From an uncultured Verrucomicrobiae bacterium (lineage in GTDB: Bacteria > Verrucomicrobiota > Verrucomicrobiia > Limisphaerales > UBA8199): a stretch of 64,000 nt of DNA. Position 1 is the stretch's first letter, and every line of letters starts with the position of its first letter. The DNA lies in assembly GCA_963762555.1 (NCBI GenBank), contig CAVXLO010000049.1:35090-99089 (forward strand), read 5' to 3'. Below the pieces are notes generated by a model. The model did not search any database, was not told where the DNA came from, and was given only the letters and a program-made list of their open reading frames with translations. The translations under genes were made by a program, and so were the position numbers. Shown here piece after piece: positions 17,672 to 27,558 of the stretch.

Positions 17672-18580
17672 GTGCCGGATGTTGATATTGTTCAAGGTCG
17701 CCAAATCAGCGGCGTCGAGATCGCCGAGATAAAGGCATTGATCGAGGCTAACCCGCGGTGGAGCCGTCGGCGCCTCTCAGAAGTTCTAGCCCAGAAATGG
17801 CAGTGGTATTCGGCTTCGGGCCAGCTCAAAGATATGGCCGCTCGGACGCTGATGCTCAAGCTCCACCGGCGCCAACTCATCGCGCTGCCGGAACGCCGGC
17901 GGACGCCCGCTCGCCGAGGTCCATTGCTGAGCCCTGAATTGTTCGATGCGGTGGTTCCTGAACCGATCGTGACCAACTTGTCCTGGCTGCTGCCCTTGCA
18001 GGTCCAAGTGGTCGGCCCTAAACATCCAGACTATCATCAGTTCCAGCGGTATTTGGCCCAGCACCATTACTTGAGCTATCGTGGTCCGGTTGGGGAGAAC
18101 CTGGGCTATCTGATTCGGAGTTGCGCGGGGGTGGATCTGGCGTGTTTGCTCTTTGGCGCGGCGGCCTGGCAATGCGCTCCCCGAGACCGGTGGATCGGTT
18201 GGTCGCCCCAGCAACGAGCGGCGGGTTTGGCGGGGATCGCCAACAACAGCCGATTTCTAATTTTACCTTGGGTGAAGGTGCGCCACTTGGCAAGTCACCT
18301 CCTTTCTCAAATCGCTGGGCGCATCCACATTCATCCCTTGCAGGAGTGCGAGTGCGGCGAGGATCTTTCCCAAGAGCCTGCCCTGGACTTTGAACGCCGC
18401 CAAGTCCTGGACCTGCCTCCCCTCACGCTGGAGTGCACCGAACATCGCGCCGAAATCAAAGATTGTCCCTGCTGTCACACGCGCGTCAGGGCTGCTTTTC
18501 CCGAGGCGGTCAACGCCCCGGTTCAATATGGGAAGAACTTTCGCTCCTTGGCAGGCCTGAGGCCAATCGCGCCCGCCTAA
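17672..18580 (+). pseudogene. Chimeric remnant: a DUF4338-like protein fused in frame to the N-terminal zinc-finger region of an IS66-family transposase, truncated at its 3' end
   Basis: DUF4338-like ...HHYLSYRGPVGENLGYLI...NNSRFLILPWV. It then switches abruptly to CECGEDL...RRQVLDLPPLTLECTEHRAEIKDCPCCHT...VQYGKNFRSL (zf-IS66 pattern). No transposase catalytic region follows. Confidence 0.6.
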
Positions 18581-18626
18581 TGCAATCAAATAGGCAGGTT
18601 TTGTCCGCCTATATCTGTGGAGAGTC

Positions 18627-21600
18627 TCACGGGCCCAAGCGCACACGGTAGAAGCGCTGACTGAAATTGCTGGCGTATGGGTCGCTGAAGATAAACGGGG
18701 GCGTCGCCGAGGGGATCGTCATCACCGGCGTCCAGTCGGCCAGGTTCGTTGAGCCGAGAACGGTATAATCCGGTCCGGCGTCGCCGTTGATGGCGGTCGC
18801 CAACAGGCCGTTGCTAAGGGCCGAAGTGACGAAACTGGGCTGGACGGGCGAATTCAAAGTCACCCAGAACCGCTGGGTCGCGGTGAGGGGAGGGTGGCCG
18901 TCATCTGTTGCCGCCAGGAGCACGGCGGTGATGATCGGGGCCTGGGAGAGCAGTGGCCGCCAGGTGAAATCGCCGGATGCCGGGTCAAGCATGGCGTTGG
19001 TGGGCGCGTTGAGCAGGCTGAAGGTAAGGGTCTGAGCGGGGGAATCAGTATCGGTGGCGTAGCTTCCGGCCGGGACGTGCAACGTGTACCCCGCCACGAT
19101 GGTCGCGTTGGGGATCTGCCCGAATACCGGCGGATGGTTCGTGGCCCTTTGCGGCAGAACGAGATACTTCAAGTCCCCCGCCACCCAGGGCGCCCAGAGG
19201 GTGGTGTCGTCCGTCGAGTCCACCGTGGAGGCGGCGAACACATAGCTCGGCATGCCGTCCTGGTTGTATTTGACCGGGCGGCGACGGGAATCGGTCAGCA
19301 GGCCGCGGCCTTCGCCGAATGACCAACTGAAGGGATTGGCCTCCTTCACCCGCCGCACTTCCGTCCAGTTCGTGGTGTAGTAGATCAGTGTCAGCCCGTT
19401 GACGACGACGAACTGCTTGAGATTGTCGTCGAAGGCCAAGTCCAGGCTGTAACCGCCGATGTTGCCGGCGGGGATGGAGACCACGTTCGTAAAGCTGCCG
19501 GGTGTGAACGCGGGGTCGAGCGAGCGGATGACGCGCTGGTAGGGCGGGACCCCGTTTCCGTTCACATCCGTGTAGATCATGTAGTAGTAACCGTCGGGCG
19601 CTTGCACCACGGCGGGCTGGCCGATGCCATAAGCGTTGGGGTCCAGTGTCGCGAGGTTGGGGGAGATGATCGCGTCGCCGTTGTGCAGACGTTGGAAGCT
19701 GCGGCCGCCGTCGTAGCTGATCGCCATGCCCAGGCGCGTGGTGGCCTGGAGTTGGCTGCCGTCGGTATTGCCACCGTAGGCGAGGTACATCACGTCGCCC
19801 ACGCGATACACGTTCGGATCACAGGCGTGCACCTGGTCAAACTTCGTCGGGTCCAGGCTTGGCTGCAAGGCCACCGTCAACGGTGCGGACATGAGGCCTT
19901 CGAGCGAGGTCGCTTCGCGGTAGAGGATGTTATCGCCGCCCACGGCCCCGGGGATGCCGGTGCCGCACATCCAGATTTTGTAGAGGCCTTCGACCTCGTC
20001 ATACATGAAAGAGGGCGCATAGTTGTAGGGCGCCTCGGAATCGCGGACGATGTTCTGATAGACGGGTTGGGGCACGGCGGTGTCCGGTTGCGCGGCGAGG
20101 AACAGCGCCGTATCGGGTATGACCTGCTTTGCAAAACCCGGCCCCGCCCAGCTTACGTCCAGAACCTGGCTGCCGGTGTTCTGGAAGAAGCCCAGCGTGA
20201 GCGCGTGCATGCCGGTGTTGAGATTCGTGCTGCCGCTGCCTTCCTGTGCCGAATGCGAGCCGTCGTTGTTGACCAGCAGCGCGCCGTCGAGCCACAGCTT
20301 CGAGCCGTCATCCGAGTTCACGTAGAACGTGTAGGTGCCATTGGTCGGGATGTTCACAAACCCCGTGAAGCGCATGAAGTAATTGGTGTCGCGCAGCCGC
20401 GGCGAGAGGTCGAAATCATTGACCACGCGGCCAAAGATCGGATGCGTCGCCACCCGAGAATCGGTGAAGTCGGGCAAGGCAGACAGTGGTGCGGCCAGGG
20501 TGCGGCCCGAGACGCCCGGGTTGATCTTGATGGGCACTTCCCAATACTCGCAAAGCAGCCCCTGGCCGATGCGCGCGACGCGGTTGGTGGGGGCGGTAAG
20601 GACGAGGACGATTGCATTGCTGTCGCAGGTGACGCCGGCCGACAGGTCAGCGAAACCCGTTAGCGTGATGTTACTCGAGGCGAACTGCGGCGCCCCGGAG
20701 TAACCGCCGTGCTCGACGAGGGTAATCCGGCACGGCTGGCCGTTCCAGCGGACGTACTTCGAGCCGTCCACGACGAGCCGGCTGGCGGGGTCAATGGAGA
20801 TGGGCAATTGGCTCAGCTTCAGCGGCGCCATGCCCTGCGCGTCGAGGTCAAATTCGAGCGTTGCGCCGCTGCCGAGCCGCAGGCCGCCGGCGCTGTTGGT
20901 TTGCTCCAGCACGAATTGCGCGCCTTGCAGCCGCAGTCCATGGTTGACCTGCAAGGTCCCCGTCCACCGCGTCGCGCCGGATGAGATGGTGAACCAGCAA
21001 TTGCTCGCCTCCGGCCCTCCGACCGTGATGTCCCCGGCGTAAATCATGCCGCCCCATTGAAAGAGCTTCGAGCCCGAGGCGCCCGCTCCCGCGCCGATCG
21101 CCAGGGTCGGAGTGGAAAGCACGGCACTGCCGGCCACGACCATCTGGCCGACACCCTGGTTGCCAACCCACACCTTGCTGCCGGGGTTCGGGAGTTGCAG
21201 GGTCCCGCCCGAAAGGTCGTATTCGCCGCTCGCGCCCGAGCCGCCTCCCGCAGCGTCGCCTATGCTCACATTGCCGTTTACGATCAGCATGCCGCCCGAC
21301 TGCGCAAACCGCCCGAAGTTCGTGCCGTCGCGTCCCAGCAGCAGACCCGCCGCCGTCAGCGCCGCTCCGGGCCGGAACAAGACGGTTGCGGTCGGCGCTT
21401 GGCTGCCCTGGCCTACATAAACCGGCCCGCACGCGCCCACGTCTGAATCTACCGTCGCCGCGCTGCCGTTGAGAATGTCCGGGCTTTGGCTGGTGCCCGG
21501 CACCATGCCGCTGCTCCAGTTGCCCGCGGAACTCCAGTTGCCACTGCCGGGCAGAAAGACCGCAAGCGACGGCAGGCTGTTGCTCAGCTCGAGGGCAATC

Positions 21601-22190
21601 GCGGTGAAGTCCACGGTGTGGTCCCCCGTTGGGCTCACGTTGGAGAGCCGCAGCGAAGGAGTCCCATGAAAGGCGGCTGGCGTCGTGAAGGTGTAGCTAT
21701 ACGCCTGGAAGGCGGTGTTACTCGCGAGCACGGCGCCCGAGTTGACGAAGACGTTCGCGTCATCCCCGATCTGCACCGCGAACGTGTCATTGCTTTCGCT
21801 TGTCTGCTTGCGCGCGGCGGCCCTAAAACTCACGACGTAATTCGTATTGGCGGCCAGCGCCGGCAGCTCCTGGGCCAGAGTCTTGCCGGAATTCTGAATG
21901 AACAGGAAGGTGTAGCCGCCGCTGTTTACCGGCCCGAAGACGCCCGTCACCGTGCCGGCGCCGTTGACGCCATAGCCGCCCGCGCTCCCGGCCACTTGAG
22001 TCCAGCCGGGGACATTGGTCGGATTGCTGCCCGACCCGACGTAGCCCGGCCACGTCGCGAAGGAAGCCGCGTTGCTGGTGAAGCCGCCGTTCACCACGAG
22101 GTTTTGGGCGGTCGCCGCCTGAGCTAGTAATGCGAGCGCGAACAGGGCGCACCATTTTCTCGTTAGGTGTCGAGGGATTGATGGTCCCAT
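18627..22190 (-). CDS. Giant secreted multidomain protein: N-terminal CBM-like region, beta-helix-like repeats, PA14 domain, 5-bladed-propeller GH43-like domain, cadherin-like domain and FYRV-type tail
   Basis: Signal MGPSIPRHLTRKWCALFALALLAQAATAQ (ATG at 22190; residues upstream of it are REP translation). PA14: ...YFMRFTGFVNIPTNGTYTFYVNSDDGSKLWLDG. The C-terminus ends ...NHPPVF...TFSLLNAP...FTWRP...QRFYRVRLGP. Confidence 0.85.
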   Translation of the reverse strand: MGPSIPRHLTRKWCALFALALLAQAATAQNLVVNGGFTSNAASFATWPGYVGSGSNPTNVPGWTQVAGSAGGYGVNGAGTVTGVFGPVNSGGYTFLFIQNSGKTLAQELPALAANTNYVVSFRAAARKQTSESNDTFAVQIGDDANVFVNSGAVLASNTAFQAYSYTFTTPAAFHGTPSLRLSNVSPTGDHTVDFTAIALELSNSLPSLAVFLPGSGNWSSAGNWSSGMVPGTSQSPDILNGSAATVDSDVGACGPVYVGQGSQAPTATVLFRPGAALTAAGLLLGRDGTNFGRFAQSGGMLIVNGNVSIGDAAGGGSGASGEYDLSGGTLQLPNPGSKVWVGNQGVGQMVVAGSAVLSTPTLAIGAGAGASGSKLFQWGGMIYAGDITVGGPEASNCWFTISSGATRWTGTLQVNHGLRLQGAQFVLEQTNSAGGLRLGSGATLEFDLDAQGMAPLKLSQLPISIDPASRLVVDGSKYVRWNGQPCRITLVEHGGYSGAPQFASSNITLTGFADLSAGVTCDSNAIVLVLTAPTNRVARIGQGLLCEYWEVPIKINPGVSGRTLAAPLSALPDFTDSRVATHPIFGRVVNDFDLSPRLRDTNYFMRFTGFVNIPTNGTYTFYVNSDDGSKLWLDGALLVNNDGSHSAQEGSGSTNLNTGMHALTLGFFQNTGSQVLDVSWAGPGFAKQVIPDTALFLAAQPDTAVPQPVYQNIVRDSEAPYNYAPSFMYDEVEGLYKIWMCGTGIPGAVGGDNILYREATSLEGLMSAPLTVALQPSLDPTKFDQVHACDPNVYRVGDVMYLAYGGNTDGSQLQATTRLGMAISYDGGRSFQRLHNGDAIISPNLATLDPNAYGIGQPAVVQAPDGYYYMIYTDVNGNGVPPYQRVIRSLDPAFTPGSFTNVVSIPAGNIGGYSLDLAFDDNLKQFVVVNGLTLIYYTTNWTEVRRVKEANPFSWSFGEGRGLLTDSRRRPVKYNQDGMPSYVFAASTVDSTDDTTLWAPWVAGDLKYLVLPQRATNHPPVFGQIPNATIVAGYTLHVPAGSYATDTDSPAQTLTFSLLNAPTNAMLDPASGDFTWRPLLSQAPIITAVLLAATDDGHPPLTATQRFWVTLNSPVQPSFVTSALSNGLLATAINGDAGPDYTVLGSTNLADWTPVMTIPSATPPFIFSDPYASNFSQRFYRVRLGP

Positions 22191-22272
22191 TCGGAGCGTG
22201 TGGAAAGCGCCAGAGCGCTTCTGCACCTTACACGGATCTTGGGGAGTTCCGGACTCCGGGTTGACGTGCGCC

Positions 22273-22424
22273 CCGTTCTCCCTCACCCCGGCCCTCTCCC
22301 TTGGGGAGAGGGAGCCTCGCAGTCCGTCTGCCGAGCGAACCTGGAGCGCCGGTATCGCTCGGCCGACGGACTGGCGAGCGTTCTCCCTCTCCCCAAGGGA
22401 GAGGGCCGGGGTGAGGGGGAACGG
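22273..22424. repeat. Compound REP-like palindrome: two inverted copies of about 66 nt, each carrying the CCCTCTCCC-TTGG-GGAGAGGG hairpin
   Basis: The left arm 22273-22338 and the reverse complement of 22357-22424 are near-identical. A related unit lies at 22622-22641. Confidence 0.85.
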
Positions 22425-22660
22425 ACCAACCGCCAACCCAAACAACTCTCAAGGCGGAAAGAAAAGCGTGTAAGGTGCAGAAAGGGCTGGCGCACTCCAA
22501 GACGCTTCACGCTTTCGGGCACCATAGCCTTTTGGAGTTCGCCAGCCTGCTCTTTAGCTTGTCTGGTTTTCATTAGTCTCGAATGCTCTCTGGATCAGAG
22601 AGGCCCATTCCCCCTCGCCCTACCCTCTCCCCAAGGAGAGGGAACCCGGGACTGCAGATC

Positions 22661-22812
22661 CCATTAGCACCGGGGCTTTAGCCCGGTGGCCAAGTGCTCC
22701 CGGCGCGTCGCAAGCCGTTTCAACGGCTTGCCGGGGCCGTACGGCAAACTGCTGAAGCAGTTGGGTATGCGTGAGGGGGCCAGAACACCGGGCTAAAGCC
22801 GCGGTGCTAATG
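22661..22812. repeat. Structured palindromic element: 27-bp outer stem enclosing two internal hairpins
   Basis: CATTAGCACCGGGGCTTTAGCCCGGTG ... CACCGGGCTAAAGCCGCGGTGCTAATG. Inner hairpins are GCAAGCCGTT/AACGGCTTGC and AACTGCT/AGCAGTT. Confidence 0.8.
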
Positions 22813-22887
22813 AGAGGCTGGGCGGTAGCGCGGAGTTTTCGGGCTGTCGCTAACCTCGGCAGGCAAACACTAAGCGTGGCGAATAGG

Positions 22888-25800
22888 CGGTTCAGGTTCA
22901 TGGGCCGAGCACCACACGGTAGAAGCGTTGGTTGAAGTTAGCCGAATTCCGGGTCTGTGATCGCCAGCGGCGGCACGGCGGCGGAACGGGTTGCCACGGG
23001 GACCCAATTGATCAGGTTAGTCGAGCCCAGAATCGCATAATCCGGGCCGGCGTCACCTTTGATAGTGAGCTGGAACAAGCCGTTACTCATGGCCGCTGCG
23101 CTCAGGGTGGGCTTCACCGGCAGGTTGACGGTCACCCAGAAGCTCTGAGTGGCGCTCATCACCGGCGAACCGTTGTCGGATACCACGACCCGGATAGAGC
23201 TGACCAGCGGTGCCTGGGAAATCAGCGGGCGCCAACTCAGCACGCCGGACGTGGGGTTGATCGTGGCGTTGGTCGGCGCGCCGAGCAAGCTAAAGGTGAG
23301 CACCTCCGGCGGCGACTCCGGATCAGTGGCAGTATTGGTCACCGTGAGGGTGGCGCCGGCCACGATGACCCGGTTGGCATTGGTGGACAGCACAGGGGGG
23401 TGATTCACCACGGGTTGGTCGAACGACACGTTGTCAAAGGTAGCGGCGCTGGCCAAGGCATTGTTGTGTGCCGTCACCGCGAGGCCCCATAGCGCATTGT
23501 TCGCAAACCCGCTCAGATTCGTCTCCCCCCCGATCTGAGTCCAGGCCGTGCCGTCGGGCGAGACGAAGGCGGAGAACGTCATGCCGCTTCGCACGAGGCG
23601 CACCCAATAAGGCGCGGTGAGACCCGGCGTGCCCACCGTGTAACTGTTGCCGGCGGTGACAGGCCGGTTCTGGAAATTCGCCCCGTTGTTCGGCGTCACA
23701 CACATAAAGACGTGGCGCGAGTTGGCAGCGGTGCTCTCGCGAATCATCACGCCTGCCTTCGACCACACATCAGCCGCCGTCTGACTCGTGACCCGGGCCG
23801 TCAGTGTGCCGTCGCCGCTCGTGGCCTGATAGACGAAGTGGAAAGAGTCATTGGTGCCCCAGATGTCTGCTCCGGAACCCAGCAGGGTGAAGCTGCCTCC
23901 GCTCCAGGCTGAGCCGCCTGCCACGCTGATGCTACCGATGTCGGCATCGCTCCAGGCGCCGAGCGGTTCAAGCCGCGGTGCAAAGACCGCGCGACTGCGC
24001 ACAATGCCCAACGGGTCCTGGGGATTCCAAAAGGCTTCGAGGCGCGCGTTCGCGTTGGTGGGCGCGTCGAGGCTCGCGGCGAGGGTGACGGCGAACAGGT
24101 TTGTGGCCCCGCCCGGCGGCAGCATATTCGTATAGCAGAAGCCCTCCGGAGTGAGAATGGCAGCCGTGCGCTCCGCGCCGTTAGTGGCAAAATAGCGGGT
24201 GGTCATACCGCTGACGCCGCCGTCCAACCCCGCCAGCGTCGGCAGGCATTGAACGTCGCCGTTGTTCTGGAGTTGCAGTTGCACGACCGTGCCATTGGTG
24301 GCGGTGGGCGTGAGGTCAAGTTGCTCCAACGCGCCGTTGGTATCCGCGATGCCTTTGAGGTACTTGATCGCGTTGAGCGCAAGGTTGCAGTAGCTCCCGT
24401 TCTTGGTCTCGGGTACCACGGCGTGCGGGATGCCGAAATACCAACTCTCAAACAGGTAGCGGTTGGCGCGGCCGCCTTCACGCTGGTGAGTGAACATGCT
24501 GTTCAGGCTGCTCTGCATGTAGTAGAGGTCCTGGGCATCGTCGCCGCCACTCCGGCTGCCGGCATTGCTCACGTTGCAGATAAGTGTGTGCCGCGCCCCC
24601 CGGGATTGCAGGTACTGTTCATAGGTCCGGATCTTCTGGCGATTCTGTGCGCCAGTGGAGAGAGTGCCATTGAAGCCAAAGTAATCCCAGGGGCAATCTG
24701 ACTGGAAGGCGAAGTACGGATGGTTGATGGCCGAGGCCATGTTGACGAACGAGGCCACGATTTCGTGTGCCGTGAAGGAAAACGCCACCTTCTGGCCCGT
24801 GCTATTGGTCACCGTGAAGGCCAGGCTGTTGCCGTAGAGTGCCGGATACGCGTCCCATCCCCACCAGACGGGGCTGCTCGTATGGCCCACCTTGATCTGA
24901 GGGAACATTTGGTAGTAACCGTTGAAGGTATCCCGCCAGATGCCGCTGGTGTAAGGGTAGGTGCCATCCGCCACGGTGAGATCGCCCGTCCACCACGCAA
25001 TTTGGTCATTGTTGGGCCAGGTCGGATTCACCTGGCAGACGGGCTGCATGTTTTCCATGTGGTAGTCGTGCGTGAACTCGGACCAGATGATGCCGTTGTT
25101 CTGGCAGCCCTGCGCCCAACCGCCCCAGCCGTTCGTCTGGCCCCGGTACCAGTTTGTCGTGGGGCTGGGGCAATTCCCGCCCAGCTCAGGCCAGAATTTG
25201 GTGTTGAACTGCCGCAGGTTCGCCGCCAGTTGCTGCATCAACGGTCCCTGCGCCGTCACATTCCACCCCGCTGAGTGGAAGAAATAGCCGTCTTCGTATC
25301 GCTGCACAAACGGCCACTCGGAGAAGTTGGTCATCTGCGAATTATCCGAAAGGCCGCCCCACCAGATCTCCGCCGGGATGGGCCGTGGCCGCACCGGCGT
25401 GTCAGGCCCCAGGGTGAGGGTGTAACGGACATAGTTGCTCTGAATGGTGCCGGCGCCGTCCTGTGCATACACCAGGATGTAATTGTCGCCCGCGCAGAGA
25501 TGGCGCGCTGTGAACGGCCACGGGTCAGCGGCGGCGTGCGCGCCGAAGTCCAGCAACGGCCCGGTGACCGCATTGGAGCGGACCTCGTACCAATAAGCCT
25601 GCGCTGAAGGGGGGCCGTGAACATAGGCGGTCAGATTTGTGTAAAGGGAGGTGGCGTTCTGGTCGCCGCCCGCAATCTCGATGAGGTCATATTTGCGCAC
25701 GGTGGTCACTCTCACGAAATGCGGCGTGCTGGTGTCGAGGGTGACCTGCCAATCGGAGGCGGCGCTGAATGTCACGCCGTTGTTCGTCAGGCTGCCGGTG

Positions 25801-27248
25801 TAGTAAAAGGCGGTGTAGGTGGCGTTGCTGGCCATGCCGCCGAGGTCGTCCACGACGAGTTGGCCGCCCAGGGTGAGGTCGCCGTTGACCTGGACCAGGC
25901 CGTTGGTCGCTGCGCTTGGCGCACCCAGCCCAATGACTGTCGTGGCGTTTCCGCTCAGCGTCAGGCTGCCCACCGTGAACGTTCCGGGGCCCGGCGTGAT
26001 GGTCCCGCCGTCGAGCACCGACACGGCGCCGGCGATCATCCCCGTGCCGCCCAGCGTAGTTCCGGCGTTGACCGTGAATAGCGCCGTGCTGTTGTGCCGG
26101 CCATTGATCATTAGCGCGCCCGCGGTGACAACGGTCGGGCCAGCGTAGCTCTCTGTGCCCGCAAGCGTCAGCGTGCCCAGACCTGTCTTGGTCAGGCCGT
26201 TGGTCGAGCCCGGATAGGCGAGCAGGTTGGCCGCAAGGGTGACGTTTCTTCCCGCGGTGTTGATCATGGCGCCACCGTTCTTGATATAAGCTGAGGAAAC
26301 GGTGTTCTCGAACCAGGGGTTGGACGGGCTGCCGTTGGGCTGCAGGGTGCCACCGTTAAAGTAGAAGTAGCCTTGCCCGCTATTGGAGAAGATGCGATTG
26401 GCCAGGATCAAACCGCCGTCCAGGTTGACGATGCCGGCCCCGTTGTTGCCAAGACGCAAGAAGTGGGCGCTGACGATGCCGGTGTCGGTTACGTTTAACG
26501 TGCCCGTGGCATTGCCGGCGAACGCAAAGAGGATTTCACCCGCATTGTTGAATTGACCGCCGCTCACAGTCAGCGTGCCCGTGCCGGTTGCGCCGAGGCG
26601 GGTGTAAAACGAGCTGTTCACGACCCCGCCGGTTTGTTGGAAGGTGGCGCCACCCTGGATATGGGACCCATCGTTGCTGTTGTTGTTGCCCGCCAGGGTA
26701 AGCGTACCGGCGGCCATCACCAGTGTGCCCCCGTTCAAGGCCAGGGCACTGTTTCCCGCGGCGGATGTGCCCAGGGTATAGCCGGTCCCATTCAGGGTGA
26801 TGGTTCCCGGACCGGGCAACGTCAGCAACGCTGTTCCCGAGACGCCCGCGCCAACCGTCAGGTTCCGCCCCCCGGCGACCGCCCAGGTCTGGCTGGCCCC
26901 CAGCGCTAGATTGCAGTTGAGGGTGAGGTCTTGCGTGGCCGTTGAGAGGCCCGCGCCAGAGCCGTCCAGCGTGAGGGTGTTGCCCCCGTTCAACACCACC
27001 GGGCCACCAGGGTTCGTGATCCTCAGACCCGCCCATTCGAGGTCGGCCCCCAGCGACACGGCGTTGGCGGCAGTGATGGTGCTGTCCCACTGGGCAATAT
27101 CCGCGCTGGCTGGGGCCACGTTGCCAATCCAACTCGCTCCCAGGTTGAGGCTGGCGGTGTTGTTGGTCTTGATGACGGTGGCGCCGTAGGACTGACATGC
27201 CAGGACCGCGACGGCACAAGTCATGGCCATTCTGAGCCGAAAGAGCAT
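22888..27248 (-). CDS. Giant secreted protein with autotransporter-associated beta-strand repeats, a central GH-like region, a DUF1349/ConA-like lectin domain, a cadherin-like domain and an FYRV-type tail; 1-nt frameshift 16 codons before the end
   Basis: Signal MLFRLRMAMTCAVAVLACQSYG. Reiterated GGTL..(N)G..TL.. repeats. The annotated frame stops at ..ITDPEFG (22938), but the next frame reads NFNQRFYRVVLGP-stop (stop at 22888-22890), paralleling ..SNFSQRFYRVRLGP of the neighbouring gene. Confidence 0.85.
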
Positions 27249-27558
27249 TAGAATCGAGCTTACGCGAGGCTGCCCTTCTCTTCCATCCCGCAAACACGGG
27301 AGCCATGGGCAAACAGGACAGATTCAAGAATGCGTAGCAGCCGATGCAGGGGCGTGTTGCCCAACGGTGCTCGCGATGAAGCGGGAGGGCGAGCGTCCTC
27401 GCGAGCCCACATCGAACTTCAACCACGACTTTGGTGTGGCTCCCTCTCCTCCTGAGGAGGAGAGGGCAGGGGAGAGGAAGCCCCGTACCCTGAACTCGGC
27501 ACAAGCCGCTGGTTTGCGAGCGTACGAACTCCTCTCCCTGCCCCCACTGCCGTTGAAC

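Noticed and set aside
19602-20663. Long antisense ORFs inside the giant genes (for example 19602-20663, 24720-25274, 29699-31645, 35712-36938, 40712-41977, 43937-44743, 48781-49641, 55188-56075, 56493-57266, 57300-58349)
   Set aside because: They are Arg/Ala/Gly/Pro-rich with no motifs, and each lies fully inside a convincing opposite-strand gene. These are typical shadow ORFs of high-GC DNA.
22198-22667. ORFs of 90-155 aa in the 22.2-22.9 kb spacer, and similar ones at 49767-50241 and 53780-54232
   Set aside because: They are translations of palindromic repeats (..PLTPALSLGERE.., ..QGESRGRAGGEQGE.., ..SARGLAQSKTLAR..). Mirror-image ORFs exist on both strands.
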